Counted from the first letter of the stretch, positions 1 to 7,875 are shown. The stretch: DNA of 10,888 nt from Candidatus Hodarchaeota archaeon (GCA_048887225.1 JBHLJY010000041.1:1-10888); one strand, 5' to 3'. The notes: generated from the sequence alone by a model not told the origin. A program made the numbers and translations.

Positions 1-396
1 GCAGACTTCTTTATTCCAAGAGGTGATATGTGGAGATATTTCGAAAAAGCTGATAATTTTGATCGTGATTGGACAAATTACGACATAAATCACTGGTACG
101 ACTGGTACTGGTATGAGTATCACATCGAATATTCCTTTAATGATTTTACAGTACATATGATTTATATGCACAGCGGGATACTCAAGGGTATGATGATATT
201 TAAGAATGATGCAACTTATCACAGAATAATATTTGAAATGTGGTTAGGGGAGCCTCATGATGAAGATGATGAAGATGAAGAAGAAGATGAAAGAGCTATA
301 CCTGGCTACGATATAGTTCTAATTTCTTTCCTAATTTCTGTTGTTTCTATTATTTCTGCTATAAAAATTAAAAAATCAAAAAAAATAAAAGAGTGA
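1..396 (+). CDS. C-terminal part of a secreted/surface protein with a Loki-CTERM (PGF-CTERM-like) sorting tail; probably 5'-truncated by the window
   Basis: The frame is open from base 1 (GCA GAC TTC TTT ATT CCA AGA GGT GAT ATG...), so the ATG at 28 is probably internal. The protein ends in an acidic linker (DEDDEDEEEDE, 259-291), then IPGY (298-309), a hydrophobic helix (IVLISFLISVVSIISAI) and a basic tail (KIKKSKKIKE). This is the tripartite layout of archaeosortase-type signals. Confidence 0.8.
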   Translation, partial: ADFFIPRGDMWRYFEKADNFDRDWTNYDINHWYDWYWYEYHIEYSFNDFTVHMIYMHSGILKGMMIFKNDATYHRIIFEMWLGEPHDEDDEDEEEDERAIPGYDIVLISFLISVVSIISAIKIKKSKKIKE

Positions 397-424
397 TTTT
401 TTTTTTCATTCTATCTTTTTTTTT
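397..424 (+). terminator. Oligo-T tracts, likely archaeal intrinsic terminator between convergent genes
   Basis: Two long T runs directly after the TGA at 396, in the 44-bp gap between convergent CDSs. Archaeal terminators are U-rich tracts. Confidence 0.5.
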
Positions 425-440
425 ATAATCAAATTCCTAA

Positions 441-971
441 TTAATATTTAAATTTTTGATTTATATTCTTTTGATTTAACTCAAAACCGATTTCTAAATC
501 TGGTATTTTATCTGATTTAAGACCTATCGTATGCTTCCCTTCAGTTAATTTTCCTAAAAATGACTCATCAAGTTTGAATATGATAATAATCTCATCTCCC
601 ATAGCAATTGTCCTACCACCCATTTTGCCTTCAATAGTGTCATTGAAAGTAAAAGATTCACCTTTATGATAAACACGAAGGCTTTGTTTAATTAGTTCTA
701 TATTTTTCGAACTTTTAGAAATATCAATATCTTCCCCATTAAGCAATAATTTTCCGTATTTAGAAGGATCAATCTCATCAACATTAATATCCCCTAAATC
801 TTCCTTTATGGGAATTGAAAATGGAGCAAATATATTAACAGCTGCAATTTTTATGCTATCTGCTTTTCCATCGCCAGTTGTGTCTACTGTGAAGATACTT
901 TTTTTTGGCGGAAACAATTTCTTTATCATTGCTGCAGGAACTTTAAAATTTTTTAAATCTTCTAATTTCAT
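441..971 (-). CDS. Hypothetical soluble protein (176 aa), possibly beta-rich, with a DTTGDGKAD loop
   Basis: ATG-started ORF with natural composition that fills the gap downstream of iolG on the same strand. No family recognised. Confidence 0.75.
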   Translation of the reverse strand: MKLEDLKNFKVPAAMIKKLFPPKKSIFTVDTTGDGKADSIKIAAVNIFAPFSIPIKEDLGDINVDEIDPSKYGKLLLNGEDIDISKSSKNIELIKQSLRVYHKGESFTFNDTIEGKMGGRTIAMGDEIIIIFKLDESFLGKLTEGKHTIGLKSDKIPDLEIGFELNQKNINQKFKY

Positions 972-1059
972 ACCATTTCGACCAATTTCTATTTGCTTAC
1001 AATTATTATATTTTTTAGGATTGTTTTATTGGATTAATTTTTATTTATGGTATAGTTAT

Positions 1060-2082
1060 TTATTTATCTACTTCAGAAATTTTTACAGGACGATTCTCTT
1101 TAAATGATTTTTGGGCTGCTATTGCTACTAATACATTTTGTAAACCATCTTCCCCGCTGGGAATAGGATCCTGGTTATTTTTAAGGCAATTAAAGAAGGA
1201 TTTTAATTCAGTTGCGTATGATTCCATATATCTTTCCAAGAAAAAGTAAGGAATCTTGTCTATATTTGTACATTCTGCTGTATAAAGTCGAACAGTATTA
1301 GTAGCCTCGTTATCTGCCATTACACATCCTTTCGATCCAAATACTTCAACACGTTGATCATATCCATAGACAGCTTGACGGGTATTATCAATTATTCCTA
1401 TAGCTCCATTTTTAAATTTCAAAATTGCTACGGCAGTGTCAATATCTCCAACTTTACCGATTTCAGGATCAATAAGCACCGCACCACTAGCATAAACTTC
1501 CACCACCTCGCTTTTAGCTAGGTATCGAGCCATATCCCAATCGTGAATTGTCATATCTACAAAAATCCCCCCTGAAACTTTAATATATTCTATTGGCGGG
1601 GGAGTGGGATCGCGAGACGTAATTTTAATAATCTGAGGAGTGCCAATTTGTCCAGATGAAACAGCTTCATGAACTCGCATGAAATTTCGATCAAATCGTC
1701 GATTGAATCCCACCATTAATTTAATACCTTCTTTTTTGACAATTTTAAGCGTTTCTCTCATCCTTTTCAAGTCCGTATTAATTGGTTTTTCACAAAAAAC
1801 ATGCTTTTTTGCAATTGCAGCTTCCTGAATGAATTTAGTATGGGTATCCGTAGAAGAAGCGATGATGATTGCGACAATTTCTGGATCAGTAAAGATTTCA
1901 GTTGCGTCTGTAATAAGTTGTGGTACTCCCATGTCATCAGCCCACTGTTTCAATTGATTATTTACATTAATATCAGCTACGGTTTTTAATTTCACATTAG
2001 GTACTTTACGCAATAGATTTTCAATATGTATTTTACCGATTCTACCAGCACCTATTACACCAACAATGATATTTTTTGACAT
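1060..2082 (-). CDS. iolG: myo-inositol 2-dehydrogenase (Gfo/Idh/MocA family)
   Basis: Rossmann motif VGVIGAGRIGKIH, HVFCEKP, GFNRRFD, ITSRDP, SGGIFVDMTIHDWD, YGYDQRVEVFGSKG and FFLERY, all typical of IolG. A purine-rich GGGAGAG lies upstream on the minus strand (2088-2094). Confidence 0.93.
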   Translation of the reverse strand: MSKNIIVGVIGAGRIGKIHIENLLRKVPNVKLKTVADINVNNQLKQWADDMGVPQLITDATEIFTDPEIVAIIIASSTDTHTKFIQEAAIAKKHVFCEKPINTDLKRMRETLKIVKKEGIKLMVGFNRRFDRNFMRVHEAVSSGQIGTPQIIKITSRDPTPPPIEYIKVSGGIFVDMTIHDWDMARYLAKSEVVEVYASGAVLIDPEIGKVGDIDTAVAILKFKNGAIGIIDNTRQAVYGYDQRVEVFGSKGCVMADNEATNTVRLYTAECTNIDKIPYFFLERYMESYATELKSFFNCLKNNQDPIPSGEDGLQNVLVAIAAQKSFKENRPVKISEVDK

Positions 2083-2237
2083 AATTTCTCTCCCAATTAA
2101 TTATTATTTGCTTTTATATATTTTATGATATATTTTATTAGATATCTATATATAGTAACAACTTGAAATAGTATTATTTATTAAATAAAAAACAATTTAA
2201 AATCAATAAAAAAAAAATCTTAGAGGGAATAAATCTT
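2083..2237. promoter_or_regulatory. Divergent promoter region between iolG and the GPH transporter
   Basis: 155-bp very AT-rich intergenic region between divergent starts, with TATA-like elements (TTTTATATA 2112-2120, TATATATA about 2147-2154). The functional boxes cannot be assigned from sequence alone. Confidence 0.5.
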
Positions 2238-3638
2238 ATGAATGATACAAAACCTAAGAAAGTTTCTGGACGCATGCGACTTGCATTTGCTTGTGGAGAG
2301 GTAGGTGATAACGTTGCTTTAAATGTGTTTCAATTCTTAATTTTTACCTTTTATTTTACTGTGGTTCGTCTTCCAGTTTTGTGGATTAGCCTAGGTTTTA
2401 TACTTTGGGCTATATGGAATAGTATCAATGACCCAATGATAGGTTATTTTTCCGATAAGACGCGGAGTAGGTGGGGACGTAGAGTTCCATGGATGATGGG
2501 TGCAACTATTCCATTAGCGATTGTAATAATATTGCTGTTTACACCACCCATTTATTTAAACTCTGATTTAGTAAATTTTATGTATTTATTAATTGTACTT
2601 ATTTTATTCGACTTGGTCTACACATCATTTAATTTAAATTATAATGCACTTTTTTCAGAAATGTTCGTTGAAATGGAAGATCGGAGTGCGACTGGAAAAA
2701 TCCGTATAACTTTCGTAATGCTAGCGACAATTTTAGCCTTTGTTTTACCAACGCTTATTATTGAAGATTTGACAAACAGATATAATTATCCTTATACATT
2801 GAGTCAATATCAAATGACTGGAGTTATAGCTGCAATTATAATTATTGTGTCGTATTTCATTATCCTGAAATGGGGTGTTCGTGAACCTAAGGAATTCTCA
2901 AAAGACGCTGAAACAGCAATGTCTTTTAAAAACACAATAAAACATTCTTTCAAAAACAAATCATTTTTATGGTTTTTGCTCCCAGCTCTTGGCACATGGA
3001 TGGTCATAGGCATATTGCCAGCATTAGCTCCCTTACATATGACATATGCAGTTAAGATAGAAGATTCAGAGTTAATTGGACTTATCCTTCTTGTGATATT
3101 TGTTTCTGCTGCGTTTTCTACCCCTTTATGGGAATATATTCGAGTAAAAAAAGGTGCTCGCATGTCTGGATTGATTGGAATTGTGGTTTGGGCTGTTCCA
3201 ATTTTATTATTTGCATTTGCAATTGGTTTTGAAATGGCTTTAATTGTGGCGATTTTCTTTGGTATAGGATTAGGAGGGGGTCTCTATTTTTATGATCAAT
3301 GCATAGCAGAGATCATTGATGAAGATGAAATCACCCATGGAACTCGACGGTCTGGTATTTACTATGCAGTGATTAATTTCCTAATCAGGATTTCAGCTAT
3401 AATTAATTTTACAATAATAGGTTTAGTTTTTTCTAGTGCCGATTGGCAAACATACGAGCCGAATCCAGGAGTAGATACCATTTTAGCACTTCGAATTCTA
3501 ATGGGTGTTTATCCTGTTATAGTTCTTGTGATTGCTTTCATTGGGTTGTATTTCTATCCTATCAAAGGAGAAAGATTATTAGAAAATCGAAAGAAACTTA
3601 CTGAATTGCATGAACAAAAAAGAATGAGACTTAAATAA
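2238..3638 (+). CDS. MFS transporter, glycoside-pentoside-hexuronide (MelB-like) family
   Basis: About 12 hydrophobic segments. GPH motifs WNSINDPMIGYFSDKTRSRWGRRVPW and AEIIDEDEITHGTRRSGIYY, plus a C-terminal YPI. Confidence 0.9.
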   Translation: MNDTKPKKVSGRMRLAFACGEVGDNVALNVFQFLIFTFYFTVVRLPVLWISLGFILWAIWNSINDPMIGYFSDKTRSRWGRRVPWMMGATIPLAIVIILLFTPPIYLNSDLVNFMYLLIVLILFDLVYTSFNLNYNALFSEMFVEMEDRSATGKIRITFVMLATILAFVLPTLIIEDLTNRYNYPYTLSQYQMTGVIAAIIIIVSYFIILKWGVREPKEFSKDAETAMSFKNTIKHSFKNKSFLWFLLPALGTWMVIGILPALAPLHMTYAVKIEDSELIGLILLVIFVSAAFSTPLWEYIRVKKGARMSGLIGIVVWAVPILLFAFAIGFEMALIVAIFFGIGLGGGLYFYDQCIAEIIDEDEITHGTRRSGIYYAVINFLIRISAIINFTIIGLVFSSADWQTYEPNPGVDTILALRILMGVYPVIVLVIAFIGLYFYPIKGERLLENRKKLTELHEQKRMRLK

Positions 3639-3736
3639 GATTATTTACAAATTTAATATTTATTTTTTTTTACTTTTCTCTTTTCAACAGTTTGTTTTAA
3701 AACAAATTTAATAAAGTTATAGATTAAAATAAATTT

Positions 3737-4951
3737 ATGAGTAAACAAAAGATACAAATTTATGGATATCGTTGGGTTGTTCTGCTATTATTTTTTTTCA
3801 CAAATGTAATTTCGCAAATTCTTTGGTCTACTTATGCACCTGTTACGTCTCATGCGATGAAATTCTATGGCGTTGATGAATTTCTCATTATTTTTTTATC
3901 ATTAGTTTTTTTAATAGTGTACATTCCCATAACATTTATAGCGACCTGGTTAATTGATAAATACGATTTTAAAATTGGAGCGGGAATTGGAGCTGCATTT
4001 ATGGGTATATTTGGATTTTTACGGTTTTTTGCTACTGATTATTTGTTTATTTTGATTTTTCAAATAGGAATAGCTATAGCACAACCATTTCTTTTGAATA
4101 CCATAACTAAATTATCTGCTAATTGGTTTCCTGAAAGAGAACGTACCACTGCTACGGGAATTTCATTAATTGCAACCTCTATTGGGATTGCGTTAGGTAT
4201 GGTTGTTACACCGATATTGGTTGTAGGGATCAATTTTAGGAGTATGTTACTTATATATGGGATATTAGCTCTCATCTCGAGTTTACTCTTTTTGCTTTTC
4301 GCAAAAAATAAAGCACCAACACCACCTTCTATTAATTTAATAACTGATAGGGTATTAATGTTGAAAGGACTGAGAATATTGCTTTCAAACCGTAATTTCT
4401 TAATTTTAGTTGTTGTTTTTTTTCTTGTATTAGGGATTTTTAATATGATTCTTACCTATATTGAGTTAATTGTCATTCCACGAGGTTTTGACTCCATATT
4501 TGCAGGTGTAATCGGGATGGTCTTAATAATTGGTGGAATAATTGGAACTATAATAATGTCAGTTCTAAGTGATAAATTTAACAAACGAAAGATTTTAATG
4601 ATTCTGTCATTGTTCATTGCAACTGTTTCATTACTGATCTTTTCCTTTTCGTATAATGCCCTATTGTTAATAATATCTAGTTTTTGTTTCGGTTTTGGTC
4701 TAATGGGTGCAGGACCAGTAGTATTGGAATATGCTGTAGATGCCACAAAACCTGTTCCAGAAGCAAGCTCAAATGGAATATTAATGATGGTTGGAGCAAT
4801 TGGTGGAATTGTTTTAATTATTAGTTTAGGAAACGTAAAAATCTCTGGAGATTATTATCCTGCATTGATTATACAAACATTTTTACTAGCATTTTGTGTT
4901 GTTTTAGCATTTTTTGCAGAAGAGTATAAAGTTAGAGTTGACCATCTTTAA
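3737..4951 (+). CDS. MFS transporter (FLVCR/SLC49-like N-terminus), substrate unknown
   Basis: 12 TM-like segments. N-terminal YGYRWVVL, motif-A-like WLIDKYDFK and LSDKFNKRK, and KLSANWFPERERTTATG. Confidence 0.88.
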   Translation: MSKQKIQIYGYRWVVLLLFFFTNVISQILWSTYAPVTSHAMKFYGVDEFLIIFLSLVFLIVYIPITFIATWLIDKYDFKIGAGIGAAFMGIFGFLRFFATDYLFILIFQIGIAIAQPFLLNTITKLSANWFPERERTTATGISLIATSIGIALGMVVTPILVVGINFRSMLLIYGILALISSLLFLLFAKNKAPTPPSINLITDRVLMLKGLRILLSNRNFLILVVVFFLVLGIFNMILTYIELIVIPRGFDSIFAGVIGMVLIIGGIIGTIIMSVLSDKFNKRKILMILSLFIATVSLLIFSFSYNALLLIISSFCFGFGLMGAGPVVLEYAVDATKPVPEASSNGILMMVGAIGGIVLIISLGNVKISGDYYPALIIQTFLLAFCVVLAFFAEEYKVRVDHL

Positions 4952-5066
4952 TTATAATCTTTTTTTAAAAAGGTTTTTAACTTTCTTTAATGTAATTCTA
5001 CTAATAAAAGTTTAATTTATTATTATTATATAATTAAATAAATCTTAAAAAAAGATGATTTGAATA

Positions 5067-6275
5067 GTGAAAACAATTACTCTGTTTGCGAAATGGGATC
5101 CTAAACCTTCGTTTAAATTAGGTGCTAAAGATATTAGCGGTAAATTAACATATTTAGGTTCCCAAGTTTGGAAAAATCCAACTGTTAAAGTTAAAGAAAA
5201 AATCATTCCCAAAAATAAGCAAAATGAAGTTTTAATTAAAGTCAAACGATGTGGTATATGCGGTTCCGATGTTCATATGGCACAGTCTTACGATGATGGA
5301 TATATTTGTTATCCAGGTTTAACTGCGTTTCCAGTTACTCTTGGTCATGAATTTGCAGGTGAAATAGTAGAAGTGGGAATTAATGCAAGAGATAAAAGAA
5401 CAGGAAAGCCATACGAAAAAGGAGAACCTGTCACCGTCGAGGAAATGGTATGGTGCGGAGAATGTAAACCTTGTTGCGACGGGTATCCTAACCACTGTGA
5501 ACGGCTACAAGAAATAGGATTTTCTGTCGATGGTGCATATGCTGAGTATATTGCTGTTCCTGCAAGATTATGTTGGAGTTTAAAAAAATTAGAAGGAAAA
5601 TACGATGATATATTTAAAATTGGGAGTTTAGTCGAACCGACTTCAGTGGCATATAACGCTGTTATAGAGAGAGGTGGGGGAATTCGGCCAGGAGAAAACG
5701 TAGTTATTTTAGGTGGAGGACCTATTGGCTTAGCAGCTGTAAAAATATTAAAAACAGCTGGAGCAGCAGTTTGTATTGTTTCAGAACCAAATATACACAG
5801 ATCATTTTTAGCTAAAAAGATGGGTGCTGATTATGTAATTAATCCTGAAAAAGAAGATTTTGTGGAGAAAGTAAAAGAGTACACAGATAACGAAGGAGCA
5901 GCGTTATACCTTGAGGCAACAGGATTACCACACGTAGTAACTGAAGATATTCAAAATGCTATTTGGGATTGTAATGCCGTCAATAGCACTGTTGTAATTG
6001 TAGCTCGGGCAGAACAACGCATGTCTGTGTGCGGAGAATATTTCCAAGTACGAAGAGCCCGCATTATTGGCGCACAAGCTTAAATAGAACTCCTATTTAA
6101 TGTGTATGGCCACAGTGGGCACGGGAATTTTCCAAACGTTATCAGCAGTATGGCAGCAGGAATGGATCTTACTCAAATGATAACTAAAGAAATCTCTCTT
6201 GATGATGTGCCAGAAAATCTTAAATTATTACAAACTGATCGTGAAAACTGTAAAATATCAGTAAAAATTAGTTAA
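5067..6275 (+). CDS. iolM: scyllo-inosose 3-dehydrogenase (Zn-dependent MDR family), interrupted: join(5067..6077,6108..6275), 392 aa if the insert is removed
   Basis: GTG start. The N-terminus LFAKWDPKPSFKLGAKDISGKLTYLGSQVW matches my recollection of Thermotoga IolM. Zn motifs CGICGSDVH, GHE and CGECKPCCDGYPNHC, and the NAD motif GGGPIG. After the TAA at 6081-6083 the same frame continues from 6108 as GHSGHGNFPNVISSMAAGMDLTQMITKEISLDDVPENLKLLQTDRENCKISVKIS to a stop at 6273-6275, the expected IolM C-terminus. Confidence 0.9.
6078..6107 (+). other. 30-nt intervening sequence in iolM; candidate archaeal BHB/BHL-type mRNA intron
   Basis: Sequence GCTTAAATAGAACTCCTATTTAATGTGTAT. It contains an in-frame TAA and a perfect 8-bp hairpin TTAAATAG/CTATTTAA (6080-6087/6093-6100). 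With its flanks it forms a 4-bp central helix GCAC/GTGT, bulges AAG and ATG, and an exon helix TGGC/GCCA. The insertion itself is clear; splicing is inferred. Confidence 0.75.
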
Positions 6276-6426
6276 TAATGGACTTCTCTATTTTATATGA
6301 ACTCATAGGTTTTTAAAAGATTAATAAAAATTATCTAATCACAATTTTCTATAATTAGTACTTCAAGTAGATTTATTTTTTATTACGAAAGTATTTTTTT
6401 AGAGTTCTTACCTTGTTACGATTGAT

Positions 6427-6774
6427 ATGGTATTATTAAAACTTCTACAAGTTTTTCAAGATATTCAAGATTTCCCTGACGTAGACTATCCAGAAAATAA
6501 TATTTTCGACCAAATACCAGGATTCGGAAACACACTTTTCTTTATTATAATAGTTTTAATACTATGGTTTGTCGTGGCATCTTTACTAGCATTTTGGACA
6601 TATGGGGATATCAAGAAAAAACAACTAACTGGCTTTATGTATGTTCCTATTGTTTTATTTACTAGTTTTATAGGTTTAGTATTATATTTTATCGTTAGAT
6701 ACAATGAAAAGTGTGCATTAGCCTACGATGAAGAAGCTTGCCTATTAGAAGATGATACAGAAGGTAGTACATAA
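6427..6774 (+). CDS. Small membrane protein with two TM helices (PLDc_N / cardiolipin synthase N-terminal-like hairpin)
   Basis: TM1 (LFFIIIVLILWFVVASLLAFWTY), the loop GDIKKKQ and TM2 (YVPIVLFTSFIGLVLYFIVR) follow the W-x-Y-x-D...IGLxxYxxxR pattern. Both termini are acidic. Confidence 0.7.
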   Translation: MVLLKLLQVFQDIQDFPDVDYPENNIFDQIPGFGNTLFFIIIVLILWFVVASLLAFWTYGDIKKKQLTGFMYVPIVLFTSFIGLVLYFIVRYNEKCALAYDEEACLLEDDTEGST

Positions 6775-6856
6775 TGCTAAGGATAGCAAAAAGGTAAAAG
6801 ATATAATTTTTAGATCTTAATATTTAGAAATATAAAATTCTTTTTTATATCGCTTT

Positions 6857-7672
6857 TTACATAATTAATTTTAAATATTCTGAAGCTTCTCTTGCGACAT
6901 TTTCAAAGGAGGGCTTCATTATCGCTTCAATAGAACAAAAACCATTGAATCCAGCTTCCTTAAAAATATTTAAAAAAGTTCTAAAATCAAAATGACCTGT
7001 ACCTGGAGCCCGACGGTTATCATCTGCTAAGTGTAGATGGGCAACATATTGGACAATGTCTTTCATAGACTCCCAAATAAATAAAGGATCTTCTTCTAAA
7101 TAAGTGTGAAACGAATCAATTAATAATTTTAAATTGTCTGAGTCAATTATTTCTAATAATTCAATAGACTCTGAAATCGTATTATATGAATCTATTTCAA
7201 ATCGATTAATCGGCTCAAATATTAATTCTACATCATTATTCTCTGCTATTCTACAACACTCTTTTAGTGAATGGATAATATTTAATTTTTCTTTTTTAAA
7301 GCTGCTTTCAAAACTAAAGCGTCCTCTAATTAAGCCAATTATAACTTTAGATCGGGATTCATGAGCGAAATCTATATATTTCTCAATTCTCTCTATCGCT
7401 TTTATTCGCATATTTTCTTCTACATGTCCTAAAGAACAACCAAATCGGATGAATGTGCTCCCGGTTCCTAACGCAGGTATGTCCATATCATATGAATTTT
7501 TAATTTCAACAATATCTTTAACATTGATCTTCTCTGGTTCTAATAAACTAAGTTCAATACCTTTAAAATTTAGAGGTTTTAAGAATTCACATAAATATGT
7601 GAATTTTTCATTAATTTTTTCCTGATTGCTTCTGGATTCTTTCAATCCAGAAACAATGCTTAATTTCATCAT
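6857..7672 (-). CDS. iolO: Sugar phosphate isomerase/epimerase (xylose-isomerase-like TIM barrel), most similar to 5-keto-L-gluconate epimerase IolO
   Basis: IPALGTG, KAIERI, VIIGLIRGR, metal-site motifs FEPINRFE, IDSFH, HLHLADDNRRAPGTGHFDF and SIE resemble Thermotoga IolO as I recall it. Context with iolG and iolM supports the call. The start may be 7669. Confidence 0.78.
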   Translation of the reverse strand: MMKLSIVSGLKESRSNQEKINEKFTYLCEFLKPLNFKGIELSLLEPEKINVKDIVEIKNSYDMDIPALGTGSTFIRFGCSLGHVEENMRIKAIERIEKYIDFAHESRSKVIIGLIRGRFSFESSFKKEKLNIIHSLKECCRIAENNDVELIFEPINRFEIDSYNTISESIELLEIIDSDNLKLLIDSFHTYLEEDPLFIWESMKDIVQYVAHLHLADDNRRAPGTGHFDFRTFLNIFKEAGFNGFCSIEAIMKPSFENVAREASEYLKLIM

Positions 7673-7875
7673 TACTTTATTATGTTCATTTTATTAGAAG
7701 CTTTAACTTGGAAGTAAACTAATTTTGATGATTAAAATCATTGTCTAGAAGTCATATTTATATAGGTCAAATATTATATATAGATTATTATTAACAGAGA
7801 ATATATTAATACTAAGAATAAAATATATCGAAGAAAATCAATTATTAGTCTACGAATCCTTAATAAAAGAAAAAA

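Noticed and set aside
92-114. Short ACTGGTA repeats encoding HWYDWYWY
   Set aside because: Too short, explained by repeated Trp-Tyr codons, and not an array.
5055-5069. In-frame ATG ATT TGA ATA GTG upstream of iolM as a selenocysteine extension
   Set aside because: Similarity to IolM begins at the GTG, and no SECIS or conserved Cys position supports it.
6081-6083. Stop-codon readthrough or Sec/Pyl recoding of the internal iolM stop
   Set aside because: The codon is TAA, not TGA or TAG. Readthrough would leave 10 extra residues (A-x-IELLFNVY) inside a conserved motif.
5067-6083. iolM as a complete 338-aa protein or a simple nonsense pseudogene
   Set aside because: The intact C-terminus follows in frame, and the lesion is a structured 30-nt insert rather than a point mutation. 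Recent inactivation remains a less favoured alternative.
6080-6100. Hairpin as a terminator or MITE
   Set aside because: There is no following U-tract, no target-site duplication and no transposase nearby, and it lies inside conserved coding sequence.
6075-6110. Ribosomal bypassing (T4 gene 60-like hop) over the insert
   Set aside because: A stop plus hairpin is present, but no matching take-off/landing codon pair (CAA or GCT) occurs at the 3' end of the gap. The BHB geometry explains the boundaries better.
808-7364. Short overlapping ORFs 808-1107, 1801-1989, 2810-3163, 4060-4275, 4456-4746, 5045-5245, 6486-6704 and 7134-7364
   Set aside because: All are antisense shadows of better-supported genes and have no recognisable motifs.
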